Assembly (NCBI GenBank): GCA_963769935.1
Contig: CAVYNY010000010.1
Location: forward strand, 352,001-416,000
Source: an uncultured delta proteobacterium
Lineage (GTDB): Bacteria > Desulfobacterota > Desulfobacteria > Desulfobacterales > JAFDCJ01
DNA length: 64,000 bases
Reading direction: 5' to 3'
Translations under genes and position numbers: made by a program
In this document: one piece after another, positions 40,902-49,396 of the stretch
Layout of the letters: each line of letters starts with the position of its first letter
Position numbering within the stretch: position 1 is the stretch's first letter
The notes under the pieces: model-generated
Told to the model about the DNA's origin: nothing
Databases searched by the model: none
What the model saw: only the letters and a program-made list of their open reading frames with translations

Positions 40902-42746
40902 TCAACGCAAATCACAGATCGGGCAGTAAGCATAAACGCCCTTCGGATCGCTTAATTCCGTAAGTTGTTTCAACTCGGTGGTGAAATTTTCATAATAGCC
41001 GATCAGCGGGTGCACTGCCGGCAACCAGCGGAGATTAAAAACTCCCGTCAGAAATTGATTCAACCGGTTGATCATTTTTTCCCTGGCGCTCAACGGCTGT
41101 TCGACATAGACGACATCGTAATCCGTCAACCCGGCCTTGTTCGCTGCCGACCGGACAGCATCCTGCAGGTTGCCGATAGCATCCACCAGTCCCAACTTCA
41201 TGGCCGTTTTTCCGGCCCATACACGACCCTCGGCAACTTTTTCGACTTCCAGCTGCGTCAATCTTCGCCCGTCCGATACCAACTCGATAAACCGTTGGTA
41301 ACTGTATTGAATGCTTTGCTCCATCGAATTCGCCAGGATCGGGTTCATCGGGCGAGCGGCATCAAAAGCATCGGCCAGACGGGTGGTCCCCACGCCGTCG
41401 TTATGAATGCCTAACGAATCCAGACTTTTTTCGAATGTTGGAAATGCGCTGTATATCCCAATGGATCCTGTAATTGTCGTCGCCGTCGCCCAAATTTCAT
41501 CAGCCGCCGAGGCAATCCAGTATCCGCCCGAGGCAGCTACCGAGCCCATGGAAACGATCACCGGTTTGCCTTTTTGCCGGGTGCGCTCCAATTCCCGGCG
41601 AATAATATCCGAGGCTAGGGCGCTGCCCCCCGGGCTGTCGATTCGAAGCACCACAGCTTTGATATCTTCATCTTCCAGGGCCTGCCGAATCAGCTCCGTC
41701 AGAGTGTCACTGCCGATTCTGCCCGTCGGCTGGGTGCCGTCTAAGATAATTCCCTCGGCCACGATAACCCCGACCTGTGATTTATTTTTCCGGACAGGTG
41801 AAAGTTTGGGCTGAATAGCGGCCAGGTAGTCATCAAACTGAATCTGGTTAAAGCTTTTACCCTTTTCGTTTTCACCAACTAATTGGATCAGATCATCCCG
41901 AAACTCATCTCTGGTTTTCAGGGAATCCACTAAACCGAAATCCAGCGCAAGTCGCGCCGTATCCCCGCCGGCGCGGGTCAGAAGTTCCGATCTATTGTTG
42001 GCATATTCGTCGATACTTTCCGGCGTTAAACCTCGCAACTGCGCAACATTTATTTTATAGGCGTCCCACAAAACATTCAACCACGCCGAATTCGCCTCTT
42101 TAGCCGGCCCGGACATGTTGTCGCGTAAAAACGGCTCCAAGGCCGTCTTGTAGGTGCCGACTTTGAACACGTGAAACTGAATCAGCAATTTTTCAAGCGC
42201 GCTTTTGAAATAATTGCGATACACGCCAAATCCGGTAATCAATACATCGCCCATGGGATCCAAATTGATCTCATCGGCACAGGCGGCCAGATAATACCGG
42301 TACTGATCGTAAAAATCACCGGAAGTATATATTTTTTTACCGCCGGCCTGAAACCGTTGCAACGCTTCACCGATGTCGTGCAGCTTGCTGATTCCGGCCC
42401 GGCCCAAATCGTTCAAATCCAGCACCAGCGCTTGAATGCGTTGGTCGGCTGCGGCATAATCAATGACATCGATAACATCTTTAAGGCGAGTTTCCTCTCG
42501 GGCCGCTTCGCCGAACAGCCGGTTGGAAAGCACGGTTTCGGTTTTTTGTTCAACGATATCACCCCGCAACGCTAAAATCAGAGCGGCCCGGTCCGGAAAA
42601 CCCTTTTCCGCACTGTAAAAAAAGATCGAAATCAGAAAGATGATCAGGGCCAGGAATATTAAATTTCCTGCAACTACACGACAGACGGAAAGTCCGCGCC
42701 AAAAACCGCTGATCAGATAGCGGATAGCCTTAAATATTGTTTTCAT
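40902..42746 (-). CDS. sppA: Signal peptide peptidase SppA, 67K type
   Basis: Tandem S49 domains, VGTYKTALEPF, LRIDSPGGS, AASGGYWIA, TGSIG. Confidence 0.95.
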   Translation of the reverse strand: MKTIFKAIRYLISGFWRGLSVCRVVAGNLIFLALIIFLISIFFYSAEKGFPDRAALILALRGDIVEQKTETVLSNRLFGEAAREETRLKDVIDVIDYAAADQRIQALVLDLNDLGRAGISKLHDIGEALQRFQAGGKKIYTSGDFYDQYRYYLAACADEINLDPMGDVLITGFGVYRNYFKSALEKLLIQFHVFKVGTYKTALEPFLRDNMSGPAKEANSAWLNVLWDAYKINVAQLRGLTPESIDEYANNRSELLTRAGGDTARLALDFGLVDSLKTRDEFRDDLIQLVGENEKGKSFNQIQFDDYLAAIQPKLSPVRKNKSQVGVIVAEGIILDGTQPTGRIGSDTLTELIRQALEDEDIKAVVLRIDSPGGSALASDIIRRELERTRQKGKPVIVSMGSVAASGGYWIASAADEIWATATTITGSIGIYSAFPTFEKSLDSLGIHNDGVGTTRLADAFDAARPMNPILANSMEQSIQYSYQRFIELVSDGRRLTQLEVEKVAEGRVWAGKTAMKLGLVDAIGNLQDAVRSAANKAGLTDYDVVYVEQPLSAREKMINRLNQFLTGVFNLRWLPAVHPLIGYYENFTTELKQLTELSDPKGVYAYCPICDLR

Positions 42747-42800
42747 ACCCCAGCACCCTGGAAACTAAATTTAAGGCTAAATATATATCGTAATGAAACA

Positions 42801-42833
42801 AAAAAAAGGGGTGACATCAATAAATGTCACCCC
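42801..42833 (-). terminator. Intrinsic terminator after hsp20
   Basis: ggggtgacat-loop-atgtcacccc followed by a U tract on the minus strand. Confidence 0.75.
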
Positions 42834-42869
42834 GGATACTACAGTTTTTTTTCAGAGCGGTCTTATTCG

Positions 42870-43316
42870 TCAGTGGACTGTTACTCGCTTGGCCTTTTTG
42901 TCCTCGGGTTTCGGGACCTCTATCTGCAGCACACCGTCCTTGAACTCGGCCTTTATTTTTTCCGAATCCACCTCGGCCGGCAAAGTAAATGCCCGTTGAA
43001 ACTTGCCGTAAGACCTTTCTCTGCGGTAGTAATTCTCTTCTTTGACCTCATTGTCGTAAGTGCGTTCACCGGATAAGGTCAAAACCCGATCCTTCAAATC
43101 AACTTTGATGTCATCTTTGTCAATTCCGGGAAGCTCGGCTTTAATTATGAAGTGGTCGTCTTTTTCATAGAGATCAACGGCCGGATTCCACATCCCCATA
43201 CTGTCTTCATCAGCCATGCGGCCAATACTGAAAAACGGGTCGTCGAACATACGATTGATCCGATTGGGCAACATCGGCATCTCTCTCCATGGATTCCATT
43301 TTACTAAGTTCATCAT
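42870..43316 (-). CDS. Small heat shock protein (Hsp20/alpha-crystallin)
   Basis: PAVDLYE, AELPGI, ERSYGKFQRAFTLP, FKDGVL; RBS ggaggt. Confidence 0.95.
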   Translation of the reverse strand: MMNLVKWNPWREMPMLPNRINRMFDDPFFSIGRMADEDSMGMWNPAVDLYEKDDHFIIKAELPGIDKDDIKVDLKDRVLTLSGERTYDNEVKEENYYRRERSYGKFQRAFTLPAEVDSEKIKAEFKDGVLQIEVPKPEDKKAKRVTVH

Positions 43317-43525
43317 TTTATTTACCTCCTTTGATAAGTTAGGTTTTTTTCTTGAAGTAAGCTCATTGGCTATTGATATTACCAATCAATCTTTTACGAT
43401 CCTAAATTTAATTAATTTTTACCCGTTGTCAATATTATTTTAAATATTATTCGCTTGCATTACTAAATTAATGTATTAGATTTCAGTAATGATAATTGAG
43501 CGTTTAATTTAAAGGAGGAAAAAGT

Positions 43526-45442
43526 ATGAGTAAAATTATCGGAATAGATCTCGGAACGACCAATTCATGTGTGGCAATCATGGAAAGTGGAGATGCCAAG
43601 GTGATCACCAATTCCGAGGGCGGACGCACGACGCCTTCCATGGTAGCCCTAACGGACAGCGGCGAGCGATTGGTGGGCCAAATCGCCAAAAGACAGGCCG
43701 TTACCAATCCTGAAAATACGGTATTCGGAGTCAAACGCCTTATCGGCCGCAAGTGGGACTCGCCGGAAGTTCAAAACGACATCAAGGTCCTGCCGTATAA
43801 AATTGAAAAAGCGTCCAACGGCGACGTTCGCATCAGCCTGCGCTCTAAACAGTATAGTCCGGCGGAAATTTCATCGTTTATATTGGCCAGCATTAAAAAA
43901 TCAGCTGAAGAGTACCTGGGTGAAAAAATTACGGATGCCGTGATTACCGTGCCGGCCTATTTTAGCGACAGCCAGCGCCAGGCTACCAAGGATGCCGGAA
44001 AAATTGCCGGTCTGAATGTCTTGCGCATCATCAACGAACCGACGGCCGCTTCACTGGCTTATGGTCTCGACAAAAAAAAGGATGAAAAAATTGTGGTGTT
44101 CGATCTGGGCGGCGGGACCTTTGATGTCTCCATCCTTGAAATCGGCGATGGTGTTTTTGAAGTTAAATCGACCAACGGGGATACCCATTTAGGCGGTGAG
44201 GATTTCGATTTGATTCTGGTCGATTACCTGGCGGATGAATTTAAAAAGGATCAGGGAATTGATTTGAGAAAAGATAAAATGGCGTTGCAGCGCTTGAAAG
44301 AAGCCGCTGAAAAAGCGAAAATCGAATTATCCGCTTCCATGCAGACCGATGTCAATTTGCCGTTTATCACCGCCGATGCCGGCGGCCCCAAGCATCTGGC
44401 CATTAAAATTACCAGGGCCAAGCTGGAAAACCTGGTGGGCGGCTTGCTCGATAAATTGGAAGCTCCCTGCCGAACCGCCTTAAAAGACGCCGGCCTTTCA
44501 GCCGGCGACATCAACGAAGTCATTCTGGTCGGCGGCATGACCCGCATGCCGGCGGTACAGGAGCGGGTGAAAAAATTTTTCGGCAAAGAGCCCAACAAGA
44601 GCGTCAACCCGGATGAAGTCGTGGCCATGGGAGCTGCGATCCAGGGTGCGGTTTTAAAAGGTGATGTGCAGGATGTTCTGCTGCTGGATGTAACCCCCCT
44701 GTCGCTGGGAATCGAGACGCTGGGCGGCGTGATGACCAAACTGATTGAGAAAAACACTACTATCCCGGCGAAAAAAAGCCAGATATTCACCACCGCCGAT
44801 GACAACCAGCCGGCGGTATCGGTGCATGTCCTCCAGGGAGAGCGTGAAATGGCCGGCGACAACAAAACGCTGGGCCGTTTCGAACTGACCGGAATATCTC
44901 CGGCTCCCCGGGGCGTGCCTCAGATCGAGGTTGCCTTTGACATCGATGCCAACGGCATCGTGGAAGTATCGGCCAAAGATCAGGCTACCGGCAAAAAGCA
45001 GTCGATCCGGATTACCCATTCATCGGGTCTGACCCAGGCAGAAATCGATCGCCTGGTCAAAGATGCCGAGCTTCATTCGGCTGATGATCGCAAAAAAAAG
45101 GAACTGATCGATGCCCGCAATGCAGCGGACGGATTGATTTATTCCACCGAAAAAACACTGGCCGAAGCCGGTGATAAGATTGACCCCAATACCAGAGCCC
45201 AGGTCGAGCGGGCCGCCGAAGACCTGAAGCGGGCGGTGCAGGGTGACAATGCCGATGAAATCAAGCGTCTGACCGAAAACTTGAGCCACGCCACGCATGC
45301 GATGGCGCAGGCCATGTATCAGCAGCAGTCCGGTGCCTCGGCCGGCCGGCAATCGGGCAACAGTGCCGGCAACGCTTACGGGCCGGCCTCATCCGGCAGT
45401 GAAGATGAAGTGGTTGACGCCGAGTACGAGGAGGTCAACTAA
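43526..45442 (+). CDS. dnaK: Molecular chaperone DnaK
   Basis: [42 protein letters not shown]-terminal VVDAEYEEV. Confidence 0.98.
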   Translation: MSKIIGIDLGTTNSCVAIMESGDAKVITNSEGGRTTPSMVALTDSGERLVGQIAKRQAVTNPENTVFGVKRLIGRKWDSPEVQNDIKVLPYKIEKASNGDVRISLRSKQYSPAEISSFILASIKKSAEEYLGEKITDAVITVPAYFSDSQRQATKDAGKIAGLNVLRIINEPTAASLAYGLDKKKDEKIVVFDLGGGTFDVSILEIGDGVFEVKSTNGDTHLGGEDFDLILVDYLADEFKKDQGIDLRKDKMALQRLKEAAEKAKIELSASMQTDVNLPFITADAGGPKHLAIKITRAKLENLVGGLLDKLEAPCRTALKDAGLSAGDINEVILVGGMTRMPAVQERVKKFFGKEPNKSVNPDEVVAMGAAIQGAVLKGDVQDVLLLDVTPLSLGIETLGGVMTKLIEKNTTIPAKKSQIFTTADDNQPAVSVHVLQGEREMAGDNKTLGRFELTGISPAPRGVPQIEVAFDIDANGIVEVSAKDQATGKKQSIRITHSSGLTQAEIDRLVKDAELHSADDRKKKELIDARNAADGLIYSTEKTLAEAGDKIDPNTRAQVERAAEDLKRAVQGDNADEIKRLTENLSHATHAMAQAMYQQQSGASAGRQSGNSAGNAYGPASSGSEDEVVDAEYEEVN

Positions 45443-45459
45443 GCCTCAGGTATGATAAT

Positions 45460-45503
45460 AAAAAGGCGGCGGGTTCAACTCCCGCCGCCTCCACCATTTT
45501 TTA
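45460..45503 (+). terminator. Hairpin terminator after dnaK
   Basis: aggcggcggg-ttcaact-cccgccgcct with flanking A and T runs. Confidence 0.7.
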
Positions 45504-45826
45504 TTAATTATTTCAAATAATTATATTTTTTTTCGCTCGGTAAACATTCGGCAATGTCAATGTTTGCCGCAACACTCATCTTTAATACTTAGAAACGTTG
45601 TTGGATTGTTCTTTTAGACGTTTCGACGTCTGGCTTCGACTTACGAAACCATGCCACTTCCGCACCTTGGGTCTCTTGCACAATTCTCGGTACGAGGAAG
45701 ACCGTTGAGGCCAAAAAAGGGCAAACCAAACGAAACCGAAAATAGAATTTTTAATGATAAACGCTTCGAACTTCGGCTCGGCACGCCGGTATAATTTTTG
45801 AAAGGTGCGAAGCGATTTCTCCACTT

Positions 45827-47722
45827 CTAACCGGTTATAATATTGAGAATTTTCCGAAAACTTTGACGCAGCCGGGGTGCGGTGTTAAAGACTGAGTTTA
45901 TTTGCCCGAGCGTTAAACCGTCCAGGGTCATGTTGTTCGCGTCGATCTTTTCTTTGGCTTCCCGGCGGATCCGGCCGGCGGATTGCAGCAGCTCGGCCCG
46001 GGTGGCATCCTGCTCACGATGCAATATGATGGCCGCCAGCATCTGGTGTATATTCCGGCTGGCCTGGCATTTCGGATTTTCCACCACAATCGGGGTGAAC
46101 CCCCGGGCTGCCTGGCGCACCGCCTTGTCAAAGGGAATCGTTCCCAGAATCCCGATATCCACAAAGCACTTGTCTTTTACCAGTTTCTGCATGGTCTCGG
46201 CAATCCGCACATCCTGGTTGTTTTCAGTCATATTCAAAACAATGGACAGGCGAAACTGGTCAAATTGCTTTTTCAGTTCATAAAAAGCCTGCTGGTCCCG
46301 GGAACGAACTTCCTGATAGATAAAATCAAGGGAATAGTTTTTGGATGCTTCTAATGAGCCGTCTTTGATTTTGTCAGCCAGCTCCTTGAGTGTTTTGCGC
46401 TCTGAAAAAAATCGCTCCAGAAACCGGTTGAAAACAACCTTTACAAAGGCGTAGCTGTCCAAAACCGATGCCGGTTCCGTGCCGGAGACGACAATCTTTT
46501 GATCTGCCAGCAAAAAGAAATCCAGTCCGTTAAAGGTGGTGTCCCCACCCAGATCAACGATCAGGAAATCGGTCTCCAGCTCTTCTTTCAGGTGGCGCAT
46601 GATTTTAAGCTTCTGCGAATAGGGCAGATTCGCACTGCCCAGCCTCGAAGAATCTCCCCCGATCAAAGACAAGCCCTTGAATGCGGTGGGCGTGAGGATG
46701 TCCTGGATCGAATCTACTTTTTTATCCAGGAAATCGTTCCAGGTTTTGGCAAGGCTTTTGACGCCGGTATAAAGATGGACGTCGGCGCCGCCCAGATCAA
46801 GATCCGCCAGCACCACTTTCTCGCCTAAAAGGGCCAGACCCACCGCCAGATTCGCCGAAAGCATGGATTTTCCGACCCCCCCTTTAGCGCCTCCCACCGC
46901 AATTATCTTTTTACTGCTTTTCTTGACCGCTGAAGCATCCGGTATGGATTCAAATTCTCCGGCCGGCAGTATCTTTTTGATTAAGGAAGCTGTAGAAGAA
47001 GCACCTGCCGGCACAGGCTTGGCCTGCTCGATGGGCGTCTTCGAGCCGACCGCCGGGGCCGGGGCCGGTTTTTCGGCAGCCTTCAGCGGAGACCCGCCGG
47101 CGGCGGTTTGAGTCGGTCCAGCCGGCGGGATTGCAGCCGCGATCGGCTTGGACGGCAAAGGCTTGCCCTGCTCAAGGGGTGCCTTCGGGCCGGCCGCCGG
47201 GTCCGGGGCCGGTTTTTCGGCAGCCTTCAGCGGAGACCCGCCGGCGGCGGTTTGAGTCGGTCCAGCCGGCGGGATTGCAGCCGCGATCGGCTTGGACGGC
47301 AAAGGCTTGCCCTGCTCAAGGGGTGCCTTCGGGCCGGCCGCCGGTGCGGAGACCGGTTGTTCGGCTGCCTTCTGCAGAGACCCGCCGGCGGCGGTTTGGG
47401 TCGCTCCAGTCGCCGGGATTGCAGCCGCGGCCGGTTTAGAAATCACAGGCTTGGCCTGCTCAAGGGGCATCTTCGGGCCGACCGCCGGTGCTGGGACAGC
47501 TCGTTCGGCTGCCTTCAGCGGGAACCCGCCGGCGGCGGTTTGAGTCGGTCCAGCCGGCGGGATTGCAGCCGCGGCCGGCTGGGGAGGCAAAGGTTTCGGG
47601 AGCTTTTTGTCAGGTCCTTCAGGATCGCTGGACGATGCTTCCGGCAGAATCTTTGCTTTTTCCTGTGATTCGTCTGAAGATACAGCCATTTGCAATTTTT
47701 CTTTATTTTGATCGAAGATCAA
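45827..47722 (-). CDS. FlhG/MinD-family P-loop ATPase with N-terminal Pro/Ala-rich tandem repeats
   Basis: Deviant Walker A KGGVGKS, DLDLGGADVH, VDLGG, EPASVLDSY, GTIPFD. Start is TTG 47722 (RBS ggaggagg) or ATG 47689. Confidence 0.87.
   Translation of the reverse strand: MIFDQNKEKLQMAVSSDESQEKAKILPEASSSDPEGPDKKLPKPLPPQPAAAAIPPAGPTQTAAGGFPLKAAERAVPAPAVGPKMPLEQAKPVISKPAAAAIPATGATQTAAGGSLQKAAEQPVSAPAAGPKAPLEQGKPLPSKPIAAAIPPAGPTQTAAGGSPLKAAEKPAPDPAAGPKAPLEQGKPLPSKPIAAAIPPAGPTQTAAGGSPLKAAEKPAPAPAVGSKTPIEQAKPVPAGASSTASLIKKILPAGEFESIPDASAVKKSSKKIIAVGGAKGGVGKSMLSANLAVGLALLGEKVVLADLDLGGADVHLYTGVKSLAKTWNDFLDKKVDSIQDILTPTAFKGLSLIGGDSSRLGSANLPYSQKLKIMRHLKEELETDFLIVDLGGDTTFNGLDFFLLADQKIVVSGTEPASVLDSYAFVKVVFNRFLERFFSERKTLKELADKIKDGSLEASKNYSLDFIYQEVRSRDQQAFYELKKQFDQFRLSIVLNMTENNQDVRIAETMQKLVKDKCFVDIGILGTIPFDKAVRQAARGFTPIVVENPKCQASRNIHQMLAAIILHREQDATRAELLQSAGRIRREAKEKIDANNMTLDGLTLGQINSVFNTAPRLRQSFRKILNIITG
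47018..47593 (-). repeat. Four tandem 144-bp (48-aa) coding repeats
   Basis: Unit PLPSKPIAAAIPPAGPTQTAAGGSPLKAAEKPAPDPAAGPKAPLEQGK; identical DNA motifs at 47111 and 47255. Confidence 0.93.
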
Positions 47723-47954
47723 TGCAGAACCTCCTCCACTCAGCTTGATAGATCCGGTGTGTTTTTTAACGTCAATTTCTTTACAAATGGATCGGACTCT
47801 TTGGAAGTAAAGAATCCTGGCCCAGAGGGCCACGCTTTGAGTTCACCCCAGCTTCCGGCTCGTAGAGCCTACAGCTCGCAGAGAGGGGTGGTGTTTGCCG
47901 CCAGATAACCCATGGAATAACGGAATGTTGGAAAAACCTAAACCACGTATGCGC

Positions 47955-47971
47955 AGCAAAGTTTATGCCAA
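47955..47971 (-). promoter_or_regulatory. Sigma-54 promoter upstream of the FlhG/MinD-like gene
   Basis: Minus strand TTGGCATAAACTTTGCT, close to consensus YTGGCACG-N3-TTGCW. Confidence 0.78.
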
Positions 47972-48112
47972 CTCTATAAATTGGGGCGTGTCAATTTTAT
48001 ATAATAACTATTTAGGGTTACGAAGGCGCCGGACTAAAAATTGGTAGAATTGAAAGTCAATAGTTTGACGCGGGCGAATAATTGGCGGCAAGCTGAAAGG
48101 AGCTGAAACTGA

Positions 48113-48346
48113 TCATACGGCCGATAATACGACTGGTTTTTCACGAAGTTCACCGCCTTTCGCTTTAAGCCGGTATTTTCCATAAGGTGTCTCTACCTCC
48201 TTGCCCAGTATCATTTCCTTGATTGCCGGGGTTACCTTTTTGTAGATCCTGTAAAGGTCGTCCATTAACTCAAGTTCGGAAATCTCCTGCCAAACGTCCT
48301 CTTCGTGATGTTGAACCTCGTACAGCGGCATTGAAAACAGCAACAT
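48113..48346 (-). CDS. Small hypothetical protein downstream of the c-di-GMP riboswitch
   Basis: 72-77 aa ORF with upstream agagagga, directly after the riboswitch terminator. Confidence 0.75.
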   Translation of the reverse strand: MLLFSMPLYEVQHHEEDVWQEISELELMDDLYRIYKKVTPAIKEMILGKEVETPYGKYRLKAKGGELREKPVVLSAV

Positions 48347-48392
48347 TTCCCAATATCCTCTCTAAACTGATTTCAGAACTCAGGCGATCAAC

Positions 48393-48429
48393 AAAAAGCC
48401 GGGAACCCAACCTAAAGGTTACCCGGCTT
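48393..48429 (-). terminator. Riboswitch expression-platform terminator
   Basis: Minus strand aagccgggtaacctttaggttgggttcccggctttttg. Confidence 0.8.
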
Positions 48430-48438
48430 AATCTGCTT

Positions 48439-48522
48439 AATCCTTTGGCAACCTCGGCTACCTTTTATAGGTCCGTTGGTTTTCCGTCCCTGCCTCCCGG
48501 CAGGTTTGGCTTTTCATGGATT
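48439..48522 (-). ncRNA. Cyclic di-GMP-I (GEMM) riboswitch
   Basis: Minus strand AAUCC...AAAGCCAAACCUGCC-GGGA-GGCAGGGACGGAAAACCAACGGACCU-AUAAA-AGGUAGCCGAGGUUGCCAAA-GGAUU. Shows P1, P2 with a GNRA loop, the GAC-G-AAA junction and P3 with a receptor. Confidence 0.88.
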
Positions 48523-48627
48523 CTATTACACCCAATAATTATTAAAATAGTTTATCAGCGCTTTGCGCATTCGTCAATTATCATTTATTGCTTTTCTATT
48601 GAAACCGATTGGGCTAAATTACCGGGC

Positions 48628-49374
48628 ATGCGGTCTCAATTGAAAAAAGTGATGCCTGCGCTGGCGGCCGTCAGTTTGGTTTTTGCTATCGGCTACTGTG
48701 CTTATGTCTATCTCAGCCTGCCCGATGTGACCGTTTTGCGAACCCAAAATCCCAAAACGACCGCCCTGATGCTGCAGCGGTACCGGCAAGCGCAAAATGA
48801 AGGCAAGGATCTGATTATCCGGCAGGAATGGGTTTCATTCGAACGAATTCCCAAGCTTTTGAAGGACACCATCAGAGTTTCTGAAGATGCCGGGTTTTAC
48901 CAGCACCAGGCATTGGATTTCACTGAATTGAAGGCCGCCATTAGGAAAAACTGGCAAAAAGGCAGATACGTCCGGGGTGCCAGCACCATCACCCAGCAGC
49001 TGGCCAAAAATCTTTACCTTTCCACCGAAAAAACCATCATTCGAAAGATAAAGGAGCTGCTTATCGCCCGCAGACTGGAAAAATATCTAAATAAAAACCG
49101 AATCTTCCAGCTGTATTTGAATGTTATCGAATTTGGTCCGGGTATATTTGGCGTGCAGGCTGCTTCACAATATTTTTTCCACAAAGAGGTCGGCCGGTTA
49201 AACCTTGAAGAAATAGTCAGATTAACTGCCGTGATTCCCAAGCCGCTTCAAGTAAATGCAGCCGGAAACGGCCGCTGGCTCAGATGGAAATCCCGCTGGA
49301 TTCTGAATACGCTCCGAAGATACGAATACATTGATCAAAGCCAGTATCGAACGGCGATCGAATTATTTCAATAG
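48628..49374 (+). CDS. mtgA: Monofunctional peptidoglycan transglycosylase
   Basis: SEDAGFYQH, RGASTITQQLAKNLYL, RKIKE, YLNVIEFG; true start likely at 48628. Confidence 0.92.
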   Translation: MRSQLKKVMPALAAVSLVFAIGYCAYVYLSLPDVTVLRTQNPKTTALMLQRYRQAQNEGKDLIIRQEWVSFERIPKLLKDTIRVSEDAGFYQHQALDFTELKAAIRKNWQKGRYVRGASTITQQLAKNLYLSTEKTIIRKIKELLIARRLEKYLNKNRIFQLYLNVIEFGPGIFGVQAASQYFFHKEVGRLNLEEIVRLTAVIPKPLQVNAAGNGRWLRWKSRWILNTLRRYEYIDQSQYRTAIELFQ

Positions 49375-49396
49375 GAGTCAATATTGGTTTCGAACT

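Noticed and set aside
47018..47593. Regularly spaced repeats as a CRISPR array
   Set aside because: 144-bp in-frame coding units with no unique spacers and no cas genes.
48223..48627. Long N-terminal extension of mtgA in the ORF track
   Set aside because: It overlaps the minus-strand riboswitch and small ORF; homology begins near ATG 48628.
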